A stretch of 64,000 nucleotides of DNA from the NCBI GenBank assembly GCA_019748235.1, contig JAIEPU010000111.1:1565-65564 (forward strand), written 5' to 3'. The DNA comes from a bacterium (lineage in GTDB: Bacteria > Planctomycetota > Planctomycetia > Kolteriales > Kolteriaceae). Every line of letters begins with the position of its first letter. The first letter of the stretch is position 1. Below are positions 48,301 to 53,527 of the stretch, in pieces. The position numbers were made by a program, and so were the translations under genes. The notes beneath the pieces were generated by a model, which was given only the letters and a program-made list of their open reading frames with translations, did no database searches and had not been told where the DNA came from.

Positions 48301-50520
48301 GAGCGAATCGGTCGCGGGATCGGCACCATTCGTGGTGAAGTAGAACGTGGCGACCTGCGTCGTCCCGTTATTCACACTGAAGTAATCGCCGACCTTAATG
48401 AAAGCGCCGCCCGAGGCCGGCACGACGATTCGTCGGCTAGCCGCCAGCAATCCATCTGCAATGTTTTGGTAAGGGGTCGCAGCCGAACCATTCCCTCCGG
48501 CAGAGGCCACCTTGTCGACATAGATGGTGGAACCTGACTGAAACCAGAAATCGAAATCGCCACCAGCTTTGCCGTCAGAATCTCCGTCGAGGGCGAGACC
48601 GTTCACGCCGGTCATCACGCTATTTTTCGCGAGGGGATCGAAATCGATGCGAAGATCGTATGTTCCTTCGGTCGTTCCTCCCATGCCACTGTCGTCGATG
48701 CGGCCGTCGAAGTCAGTATTCCCGGTGCTGGTGACGGCGACGTAATAAGTCCCCGCCGCGAGCCCGCTGAGCTGAACGTAAGAGTCCTTGCCGTAGTAGT
48801 TGTCGTTCCTTGCGACGAGCTTGTAGTCCTGATCGTAGACGCTGATGACGGTGTCGAGCGAGCTTGCCGATCCCGATAAGCGCTGCGCGATGGTCTGGAC
48901 CGTCAGCGTACCCACGGCGCCGACTTGAAACGAATAAAAGTCGATGTCGCGGCTTTCCGGACGGAAAAGAACCTGCCCGTGCAGAATGGCCGCCGGGTCA
49001 GGGAACGCCGCCTCGAACGGCGCGGTCGATGTCGGAACGAGGCTGTCTCCCGCTTGCCCCATCACGTTGGGACTCGGGAGATCAGAAGCATGAAGCAATC
49101 CGATCGAATGACCGATCTCGTGCATGGCGGTGTTGAACCACGCGCCACCGAACTCACTCGCGCCCCAGTTTTGGGCGCTATTCATGATGGCAAGTCCCTT
49201 TCCCGCGATACCGCCGACCCCCGCAGGAGGTACAGTCGGATCCGCAGCGCGTGGATCACCTGTTACGACGACAATGTTTCCGCCGGACGCTACCTCAGTA
49301 AACGTGATGCCGAGGTAGTACCCATAGAGATCGAAGATCTGCCGGGCGCGAACCTTTTGAGTCTCGGTGATTTGATTGATGAGCGGAATGCCGTTGATGT
49401 CGGTTCCATAATTCGGGTCGAATGAGTAGGTGAGATTTTCGATCCCGGCGCTGCCATCTTGTCCGCCGACGTACCCCTCGTGTGATCCACCCGAGTCAAC
49501 GACGCGCGTGCCGGGGTAATCGTTCGTTCCGGGGAACGAAAGGTTATAAGCGGGAACATCCGATGCTTGGATGTTCTGCCCCTTGATGAGAATGCTCGTT
49601 TGTACGCCCGCTGAGCCACCGAGATTTCCCAGACTGCTGGCGTTTGAGAACATCTCTCCCGGATCGGTGATGACATTCACCGTGGTCGGTGTTGAGATCA
49701 AGGGATCGTTGTTGCCGACGCGGAGGCGGTACGTTCCCTCAGTGATCGGCGTGCTGAAGCTTAGCGTCGCCATTCGGCGAGTGGCATCGTACGTGACGCT
49801 GAGTGGATTCGACTGATTGACGAGCACGTCATCGGTCGTGTCGAGCGTTCCCTTAGTGTTGATGAGCTGATACAACTCGGACTTCGTCGCCACCGACGCG
49901 GCGATGTCTTGGTTGAAGTAAACCTGAATCTGGTTGTTCTGCGGATTCAGCGTCCCCCCGCTTCGCGTGACCGGTTGCGGTACCACGGCCAAAATTTCGA
50001 GCGGCGTTCGCACCTGGAATGTGAAGGTTTGGTTTACCCCCTTGTTAAACGCTTCTTGAGCGGTGTTGCGGAGCGCGGAGATCCCGGCGCCGACGATTTG
50101 AATCTGGTAGTTGTCCTGACCAAGCCCGCCGTCGAAGCGCGCGACGACTTCGTTTGATGTCTTGCCGAGCCCGATGTAAGCCGGGGTGATCGTCTTGTCG
50201 TTGCCGTTCCCGAAGATATTGTCGCCGCCCGAGCCGATGAACTGAATGCCGCCGAGCGTGGTGGGATCGATTACTTGATTCTGGTCGAAATCGATAATGA
50301 CTTCGCGCGCGGCTTGATTGTAGATGTCGCCATTATGGAAGACCACGCTATCAATCAGGATCTGACTCACGGCCGGACCGGTCATCACCAGTCGGCTTTC
50401 GAGCGGTTCCAGTAAATATCCGCCACGCCGTATTTTGGACCATATCGTTGACTTAGGAGAGCGGCTTTTCCGAACGCTCATTCCTCGATCGCGACGTGAA
50501 AAAAGGGACCAAGTCGCCAT
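36355..50520 (-). CDS. Giant 4,721-aa multidomain secreted/cell-surface protein. It combines a metzincin-type Zn-peptidase module with PPC, parallel beta-helix, Ig-like tandem repeat, DUF4214-like, PKD and RTX Ca-binding regions.
   Basis: Uninterrupted 14,166-nt ORF. The ATG at 50520 has AGGAGA 6 nt upstream. Domain reading of the translation is given in the findings. My residue count was verified against nucleotide landmarks at aa 467, 3198 and 4431. Confidence 0.9.
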   Translation of the reverse strand: MATWSLFSRRDRGMSVRKSRSPKSTIWSKIRRGGYLLEPLESRLVMTGPAVSQILIDSVVFHNGDIYNQAAREVIIDFDQNQVIDPTTLGGIQFIGSGGDNIFGNGNDKTITPAYIGLGKTSNEVVARFDGGLGQDNYQIQIVGAGISALRNTAQEAFNKGVNQTFTFQVRTPLEILAVVPQPVTRSGGTLNPQNNQIQVYFNQDIAASVATKSELYQLINTKGTLDTTDDVLVNQSNPLSVTYDATRRMATLSFSTPITEGTYRLRVGNNDPLISTPTTVNVITDPGEMFSNASSLGNLGGSAGVQTSILIKGQNIQASDVPAYNLSFPGTNDYPGTRVVDSGGSHEGYVGGQDGSAGIENLTYSFDPNYGTDINGIPLINQITETQKVRARQIFDLYGYYLGITFTEVASGGNIVVVTGDPRAADPTVPPAGVGGIAGKGLAIMNSAQNWGASEFGGAWFNTAMHEIGHSIGLLHASDLPSPNVMGQAGDSLVPTSTAPFEAAFPDPAAILHGQVLFRPESRDIDFYSFQVGAVGTLTVQTIAQRLSGSASSLDTVISVYDQDYKLVARNDNYYGKDSYVQLSGLAAGTYYVAVTSTGNTDFDGRIDDSGMGGTTEGTYDLRIDFDPLAKNSVMTGVNGLALDGDSDGKAGGDFDFWFQSGSTIYVDKVASAGGNGSAATPYQNIADGLLAASRRIVVPASGGAFIKVGDYFSVNNGTTQVATFYFTTNGADPATDSLGRRRILFATSDTSLQLATKIANAINGVSGFGVSANATGAILSLAPTVSGNAPTIDLSGSSALLTTPNIVRIEGNGGTDGNISTVQDNTPYIIAEGSADGNQLVVPQGVTVMVDQGTIIKLAGANITVGDSLVNVDRSGAALQILGTPNARVVLTSLNNDSVGGDAPNSVSNPFTGDWGGVVFGSSADYEKQGIFLNYVNQATLSYGGGTVNDTGNPIQRDVITVEGVRPTITNNIIVNNAGAAISADPDSFNETDYGKYESFNVDYSRKGIDIHGNIVNDNSFNGLFVRTITPVDGSTKEFTGFAHFSTLDMVYVIGENILLSQAAGNLYNYTTAFSADVKNWSVAKMAAPNYVILDDGASSNDEEYTGLTITLGGTTGPRAKILSYDGAKKIAYLDTTVTVALGPIKYFISGVKAKVAGSLVIDPGAILKFTNTRIEAEMGALLLAEGTADRPIIMTSVADDTYGAGGTFDTTSDHSNSKPAPANWAGVYFSPTSSGSLDNVRMTYAGGASDITGKSSTFNAVEIHQAKVRIANSYFGFNAGGGSASNQDPNRDGKGVTSSGVIYTQYAQPVIVANTFQNNLGPAVSINADAMSTVVQGDSGRSTGFASAYTQYNDNHGALVRGNFLQSNALNGMVVRGATLTTETIWDDTDIVHIVLNEIVIPNLHVYNGLMLKSSESASLVVKLLSSPALGEAGITVTGTPIDINDRIGGSLYILGSTKYSVIMTSLKDDSVGAGLDLKGNVVTDTNNDGSFINGNGAAPSAGDWRSIDVTQYANDTNVAIYYEKEKPYVGTSNSNNTPAKAEYLGNLAANIQSGDDTSRLGFQVHGSIAYDSPTDADVYRFSGVAGSEVWIDVDMTRYALDAIVELVDVNGSVLARSQGNGSSLYQNFQLPANSGPQTMDKDASLGGDPANNYDFYSINAKDPGMRLVLPGQSGQRLDYYVRIRSNPQTTATMSNINDPQTGLSRGEYQLNIRLQQVDQKPGTTIQYADIRYATNGITVAGQPLHSPLTGEAADKEAPGQTGQNDSLGAAQKLGNLLGIDRNTISVGGFLSSLNDVDWYQFTVDFDFLQTIAGLNAAGLSWPAIFDIDYADGITGPDTTLSVFDANGNLILVGHDSNVADDRTNAAGSPNALNGGSYGANDAYIGTAQLPTGRVGSASQTYYVAVSSKATAPKVLSQFYDANSSTPFVRLEPVNTMKRVVEDHIGYAGYYLTSPSGGGSSGAPTNPSKLLFGSIQGSPNSVATNANPYTLSDVVLFVSRGSSLFTYNPFTGALQTTFGDNSLSFNNQSVNDIAMRPDGLLFTQTRGNNDTQTGNYVLVDTGNAGKTNRGDDGIALRETLGGTDYTAMTFLGLDPSDVDNTGFRLRYVDNLNRFYWANPNTGAVDPLSTTVIPRGTIEVAGQTIGIVRGLASVYPNYNPANGSAGGGERVYAATDKGYIIQIDGNDGKSGNFTKFADPADSSKVLEFQSLTRAPINLEGGKYTKILFATTTDGRMFAIDVSGSTAVLANVLAGGKSSVKLQSIGDVANSGALINGIAFSTLDFNLWHPTLREATSPGHGINDTYDGSRITGLTQAVDDAAGLASYRFGLDLKDSDKAVVNMFNASVYRFRGQGSNGDAVVDTYNLPGGAAGSLTSNTFSLKGYSALDKPTLYFNYNLDTQNAAGKTDNLPNADTMRDSFRVYISNDGINWFELTTNNSTRSLDFGTATGKSELGGHYTESGGQYQNLTNTLNDSQARIQETFDEQGWRQVRVDLGDFAGMDNLKLRFDFSTAGDSDQAAQMKVNLLDTNTSKLWGSTFTTQLQDGTGQASFKFVDVGGTVSPEFTAVQVAASYGSLAQANAAVAAAIAAAINSANKTYTAQTIGDLGTIADRSQFATKDTVELNVGLRNTRAVFFASTLVDFGIKYSVTPSENQNVDLVSISQVGMTNLNDRTIPEYLEGDAFGNFESIEKGQNNNHRGVFIDDIIIGFAERGEMVTRATNTATSESSDFQTLPKSTNPNDPVPQLVGAYQLEIRRGTEFGKVTLENAAPPGKPAPLDITGATSFDTNDRLSNGWSIALKAGNQIANGTGFTISDGYNTIGFEFARRGVAVGAGRVQVEIDDTMDDSRVADALANAINSVVTLGKVLKVNATTLNLEKSGNQPNPKSNIVTLFNAAKVDILSILGTAGIFKHYGVELGRSGFYSELGDSNLERLQGMILITNNSISNVSQVGIDVKLSDRDSSTDLTAPGGIRNVPGLNSTRQVPGTVLTNNVISNFVDAGIRFAGVVNANGSPLSPIPFGRIVNNSIWGGVTATGIGIDVLNSAAPTLMNNIIASTQTGIRVDATSQSATQELSNLFQGNVTNKQGGALGNYDLIQATTSPIFVDAARGNFQLRPGTAANPNLAVDSANNSLDDRIGIMNVRMALGMSPSPIVAPDDDRNGQKRVDDASVTSPPGLGSNTFKDRGAIERADFLGPYAFLVTPQDNGPGDTNSALGSVAITAGFGTSKFEVGLVDLMGSGIDQQSIAANDVVLTLGSQTLVQGVDYTFKYDLARDVIVLTSAGAQFRAGTYQIALNNSATGILDKAGNPVQSNTSDKKTVFNVSIVLTGPTGVLTAPQDGGPSDLNTAANDVTVKTAQGLTTLEVTLAGGVGGIKDSTVDATKVTLLKNGVQLTLGSDYVFSYDSTTDKIRLTSVGQLFVPGQYSILINNTQDGGILDNNGNPIQPNRNNGTVAFNANLLLAGPVGVVSAPLDNGSSDNDPLANHVQVVSTSGLPKIDILLKQDAAAINASTVTASTVKLYRGGVLLVRGTDYNFSYNSGTSTISLVLTDLTKVPADYKVVLDNTLATGIRDLAGNRLQPNQADGTTTFFVSIAAPGPVASLVDPLDGSSQDKDPTPNNVLFYSQTAVNQFQILLGQVGFAINDSTVTASKVVVTRDGVLLQQGVDYAFVYQPTTDIITIASVGSDFQPGQYDIKLDNSATGILDAQGNQLRPNRASGTTEFVVSFTPPGPISIPQGIFIANLGLSDFGGQTYIGFNLQGDPLSKLTVTVDAKVDPSGASTQLINTTLFVSASGLLSFNKLLPVDLNGESLTITVTNEYGQVITASSLIGPRATFARAYVSSLFNDLLGRDGVLNETTDQFSPIESLVTFPLMAQAIVGSTEFATGAASALVKSILGRAATPQEIATYSAQFITTGSFNQARISLLTSDEFAQLPPDLSLNFNNAAHRAAVTSYVQRVYAVLLPGVTLTTAQLNAQVQNVFEGGRRWIISNNSDGGILASLAFKQSQVTQAYVKFLGRTPTTTELNASVNLSDRDLVKSVVTTSDYIYTQLAESIYREYLQLSKSQVDPAKVQALVQSLKSGETENEARADVLASIDFRTNSGGTLDTFVENAFRQVLLETPSASDITAGKNFVNANGGDTVAGRRAYALLLLSDPSYQNNSEGTLITGGIQSGSAGAPVINAISQAVLGEGNTVQFSVSSISGVGGNVTYNLAVAPAGATIDSKTGAFKWTPPDNYNGLMPITIEAVDSSDSRLRTIRTFLVDVGNLAPTATIYAPSVVVGGIQQSITLSATDPSTVDESALFTFDIDWNGDGVTDETVVGPSGLVVSHIFYEAGWQTVNVTATDKDGGVSDVASTAVFVGGIFVDPNPQDPGTNDLIIVGSDGTDNITITQDTKGGPITVLVSILNGVAVNQTYQFTNITGHVEAYGYGGNDLINAKDVRYTAVSIDGGTGNDSLLGGYVDDTILGSDGDDTIWGGLGNDNIDGGAGQDVIFGDAPSKQGISLTRNSLGKDTIYGGTGNDVIYGDGDGGEGESDYIDAGDGDDTVMADGSEGMGPTGDTILGGAGNDLLFGDSPSVSVDKGGNDSIDGGSGNDVIYSGGGSDSVSGGTGSDLVIAGYTTNLDVAAFQNIQREWVSDRSFTVRRDSIFGKRLDGANAFTFLIPGGSGYQGANVLEDNAIDSVFAGSDTDGDWILATATIDTVNDAHLNEDIIDSLKL
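36661..37230 (-). repeat. RTX-type Ca-binding nonapeptide repeat block (aa 4431-4620 of the giant protein)
   Basis: At least a dozen GGxGxD-type units: GGNDLINA, GGTGNDSLL, GSDGDDTIW, GGLGNDNID, GGAGQDVIF, GGTGNDVIY, GDGDDTVMA, GGAGNDLLF, GGNDSID, GGSGNDVIY, GGGSDSVS, GGTGSDLVI. Confidence 0.85.
38041..39009 (-). repeat. About six degenerate DUF4214-like units (aa ~3838-4160 of the giant protein)
   Basis: Recurrent units of about 50 aa: FARAYVSSLFNDLLGRDG...GSTEFA; ALVKSILGRAATPQEIATY...LLTSDEFA; VTQAYVKFLGRTPTTTEL...; FVENAFRQVLLETPSASDI...LLSDPSY. They resemble the fV..lY...LgR.p....l......S.EF pattern. Confidence 0.5.
39325..40929 (-). repeat. Four tandem 134/134/134/133-aa Ig-like repeats (aa 3198-3732 of the giant protein)
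   Basis: Each unit begins GP(Y/T/V)(A/G)..(V/T/S/D)(T/A/D)P(Q/L)D(N/G)G.SD. Each contains (V/T)D(Y)xF(S/K/V)Y(D/N/Q)...I.L(T/A)S.G..F.PG.Y.I.L(N/D)N(S/T)..GILD..GN.(L/I/V)QPN. The period is 402 nt and the repeats have diverged at the DNA level. Confidence 0.85.
48631..48963 (-). other. Pre-peptidase C-terminal (PPC)-like domain following the peptidase module (aa ~520-630)
   Basis: RDIDFYSFQVGAVGTLTVQTIA...LDTVISVYDQDYKLVARNDNY...GTYYVAVTSTGN...GTYDLRIDF matches the D.D.Y.F........D..l.lyd..g......d......l..GtYy..V pattern. Confidence 0.55.
49090..49122 (-). other. Metzincin zinc-binding motif HEIGHSIGLLH (aa 467-477 of the giant protein)
   Basis: Read directly from the reverse complement of 49090-49122, which is cac gag atc ggt cat tcg atc gga ttg ctt cat. 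It fits HExxHxxGxxH. A candidate Met-turn (NVMG, M487) lies 10 residues after the third His. Confidence 0.7.
50383..50412 (-). other. N-terminal LEPLESRLVM motif after a highly basic, non-hydrophobic leader (aa 37-46)
   Basis: aa 1-36 contain 10 Arg/Lys and no hydrophobic h-region. They are followed by LEPLESRLVMTG. Confidence 0.5.
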
Positions 50521-50526
50521 TCAAAC

Positions 50527-50532
50527 TCTCCT
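50527..50532 (-). promoter_or_regulatory. Shine-Dalgarno sequence of the giant gene
   Basis: The minus strand reads AGGAGA-gtttga-ATG. Confidence 0.6.
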
Positions 50533-51445
50533 AGGTGCGGATAAGTCGGATAATGAATTAGGATCAGCGCAATTCTTCAGCGAACAACAGACGAGTACCC
50601 GCATCAAACCGCTCTGAGATCTCAGCACAGAAAAGAGCTGAGTTCGGACGAACCATTGGACGAACGATCTTGAGAAACCGTTCGATGAAAAATGCGTTCG
50701 ATCGAAAATCGTTCCGCGGGTCAAAATTGTCGTGGTGTCGGCTTACCTCTGCTGTTCACGGCCTACGCGCCATGAGATTAGTGAGATTCAACATACCGGC
50801 TGACACACGAGGCCTATCGCGCGCGGGTGGCACGGAGACCTTGAATGCTCAGATCACAACCGGGCGAGGAGAGACGTAACACATCACGTCGAACGAGCGA
50901 CTCGGACGCATGGAAAAGCGTGGGGGGAGCCAACCAGCCGACGTTGATGCATCATCCAAATGGATCGACCGAGCCGAGCACTGTAAACCGAGCCCGAAGG
51001 CTCGTTCGAAAGGAATAGCTCGCCTGCCGCGATCACGAAAAAGGTCTAACCTTCCTTGAATGAACCTTTAGGGAGATACATACGGTAAAGAGGTACTGGT
51101 CAGCCGTCAAGAAGTGGATGTCTGATTCTCGATTTGTGAAATCATCTCGCGCAAAATCATTGATAAATAGACTTTTCGTAATCTTGAACTCTTGACAGGC
51201 CGGGCCGAATTAGACAATGATCGCTTGGGCCCAATCTTCATGAATTCGTCATCGCTGGGTCGGCGAAGGCGATCCTCCCTGGGTTTAAACGTCGGTTGAC
51301 TGCTCGCTGCTTTGGGTTTCTCAATCCTCCCTTGAGTTCCTGAGTCCCACGTGGTCTTCGTGTATTGCCGTGATAGCCGGAGATTATTTGGAACAAAGTT
51401 CCCTCGATAATCATCAAACCGGTTGACCGCTTTAAGCCCCCGCAA

Positions 51446-53068
51446 GTGTTAACCCTCCTGTGCGAAGGATTCTCTCCCTTGAAACGTGCAGTCTTCCTCG
51501 TTGCGTTCTGCCTCACATCCATCGTTCATGCCGCTGACGAGAACGTTCTTCTCGACGACTTCATCAAAGCGCCCGACCCAAACTACAAATACGCAGTTAC
51601 CGACAGCTTCTATTCGAGTGGCAGCACCGTCTACATTCTTCAGATGCAGTCTCAAGGATGGCTCGATAGCGCGACCGTGAGCCCCTCGGTTTGGAAACAT
51701 GACATGGTCGTCGTCGTGCCGAAGTTTCAATCGACGAGCACCGCGAGTCTTATCATCGGAGGAGGATCGAATTCGAACGAACCCCTGACTCGAGACGATC
51801 TGGTGAATGACTCCAACATTCAGCGTGCGATTCAATCGGCCGCCGCGACTGGATCGGTGGTGGCCGTCCTCAATCAAGTGCCGAATGAGCCGACGCAGTT
51901 CGCTGCCGAGAAAGATCCCAAGGGGAACCCGGTGAATCGTTCTGAGGACGCCATCATCGCTTACACGTTGAATCAATACCTTGAAAGCGACGGTTCGAAG
52001 ACCGATTGGCCCGCCCTATTGCCGATGACCAAGTCGGCGGTAAGGGCGATGGATACCGTTCAGTCGCTCGTCAATAATCTTCCTCAGTCCGGGGGAACGA
52101 ACGCGGTTAGCGATTTCGTGGTGCTTGGGGGATCAAAACGAGGCTGGACCACATGGCTGACAGCGGCCGCGGATGACCGCGTCAAGGCAATCATGCCACT
52201 CGTCTACGACAACTTGAACATCCAGGAACAATTCAAGCATCATCCTGATGTCTACAAGGACATCAATACCCCTGGCTCCTACGTCGTCGACAGTCAGGGG
52301 AACAAGTACTCGATCGCGCTCAAGGACTATATCGGCTATGACTTGCCGCTCCGCTTCGGCGATCCAGGATATAAAGAAGCGCTCAATCTGATCGACCCGT
52401 ACGAATACATGGATCGATACACCGACATTCCGAAGTACATCGTCAACTCGGCAGGGGACGAATTCTTCGTCATCGATTCGAGCAGATACTATTACGATCA
52501 GCTCCCCGGAGACAAATGGCTTCGCTACGTTCCCAATACGGGGCACGGCTCGGTGGGAACAGATGATGTCGCGGAAGGGTATCTAGCCTACTTCGATGCG
52601 ATCGCACACAACCAACCCCTCCCGCATTACACCTTCAACATCAGCGATAACGGAGAAAACATCACCGCCCACCTCGATACATTGCCGGACGAAGTTCATC
52701 TCTGGCTCGCCTATAACCCGCTTGAGCCTGACTTTCGTCATGCGATCTACGGAGATATCTGGCAGGAACAAAGCCTGTCGCTCATCGATTACCTTGGAGA
52801 TGGAACTTTTTCCACAGGATTTCTCACGCCGCAAAGTGGTTGGATCGCCTACTTCATGGAATTCGTCCACTACACGAGCAGCGGACTTCGCTTCACCTAT
52901 ACGACTGGTATCAGTGTGATTGGAAATAAGCCGACGTCAGACGTGTTCGCATCGAACATAGACAGCAAGACGGCGGCCGTTCCCGAAGTGTCCTCGTTCG
53001 TCATGGCGGGATTCGGCTTGGCCTGCTTTGCAATGTTCGCCAAAAAGCGATTCCGAAAGGCCGCATAA
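51446..53068 (+). CDS. PhoPQ-activated pathogenicity-related (PqaA-type) alpha/beta-hydrolase-like protein with a PEP-CTERM-like anchor
   Basis: Signal peptide (AVFLVAFCLTSIVHA-AD). The motifs WKHDMVVVVP, VLGGSKRGWTTWLTAAADDRVKAIMPLVYDNLN, AGDEFFVIDSS and RYVPNTGH resemble the PhoPQ_related family from memory. The C-terminus is VPEVSSFVMAGFGLACFAMFAKKRFRK. Confidence 0.55.
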   Translation: MLTLLCEGFSPLKRAVFLVAFCLTSIVHAADENVLLDDFIKAPDPNYKYAVTDSFYSSGSTVYILQMQSQGWLDSATVSPSVWKHDMVVVVPKFQSTSTASLIIGGGSNSNEPLTRDDLVNDSNIQRAIQSAAATGSVVAVLNQVPNEPTQFAAEKDPKGNPVNRSEDAIIAYTLNQYLESDGSKTDWPALLPMTKSAVRAMDTVQSLVNNLPQSGGTNAVSDFVVLGGSKRGWTTWLTAAADDRVKAIMPLVYDNLNIQEQFKHHPDVYKDINTPGSYVVDSQGNKYSIALKDYIGYDLPLRFGDPGYKEALNLIDPYEYMDRYTDIPKYIVNSAGDEFFVIDSSRYYYDQLPGDKWLRYVPNTGHGSVGTDDVAEGYLAYFDAIAHNQPLPHYTFNISDNGENITAHLDTLPDEVHLWLAYNPLEPDFRHAIYGDIWQEQSLSLIDYLGDGTFSTGFLTPQSGWIAYFMEFVHYTSSGLRFTYTTGISVIGNKPTSDVFASNIDSKTAAVPEVSSFVMAGFGLACFAMFAKKRFRKAA

Positions 53069-53101
53069 GCGAGTCGGCTGGTAGAGAACTGATTCCACGC
53101 G

Positions 53102-53135
53102 CGTCCCGCCTCAACGCGGGACGTATCGTTTCCTG
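53102..53135 (+). terminator. Putative intrinsic terminator after the PqaA-like gene
   Basis: 8-bp stem CGTCCCGC / GCGGGACG with a 6-nt loop, followed by TATCGTTTCC. Confidence 0.45.
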
Positions 53136-53161
53136 CTGATCGACTCTTGAAAGAACCCGAA

Positions 53162-53527
53162 CTACTGCGCGGAATAGACGAAGTAAGTGTATTCCAACGT
53201 CGCATCCCAAATGTTGATCATCTTCCAAGTGGTGAATTTACCCATCTGACCGACTTTCAACGGCCACGTTTCATATTCGAGGGAAGCCTCATTTCGAAGA
53301 CCATGTTCGACCTTTCCGGTGAGGACAACCTTCTTGAGAGAGCTACTTCGGAACCAATTCCCGCTACCTGGGTCAATGGTTCCCCGAGACTCTTCCATCA
53401 TCATCCATTTGTCGTCGTCGTCTTCGGCACTGTCGATGATCAGAATCTTCGCGACGACCTCGTACGATGTTTGCTTCTTGTCTGATCCGGTCTTTCGCAT
53501 GATGTCCAATTGGTAAAGCTTCGCCAT
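53162..53527 (-). CDS. Hypothetical small Trp-rich protein (121 aa)
   Basis: ORF in a locally AT-richer segment. I recognise no family. Start is taken at the ATG at 53527 (MAKLYQLD...). Confidence 0.4.
   Translation of the reverse strand: MAKLYQLDIMRKTGSDKKQTSYEVVAKILIIDSAEDDDDKWMMMEESRGTIDPGSGNWFRSSSLKKVVLTGKVEHGLRNEASLEYETWPLKVGQMGKFTTWKMINIWDATLEYTYFVYSAQ

Noticed and set aside
50614-50625. 12-bp perfect palindrome CTGAGATCTCAG considered as a regulator operator.
   Set aside because: It is a single short palindrome with no second copy in the window. It cannot be distinguished from chance without comparative data, so it is mentioned only within the intergenic finding.
51107-51445. 112-aa minus-strand ORF in the large intergenic region.
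   Set aside because: The translation is basic and low-complexity (…RLRRPSDDEF…SSRLRKVYLS…). It has no SD, sits in atypical AT-rich DNA and matches no recognisable family.
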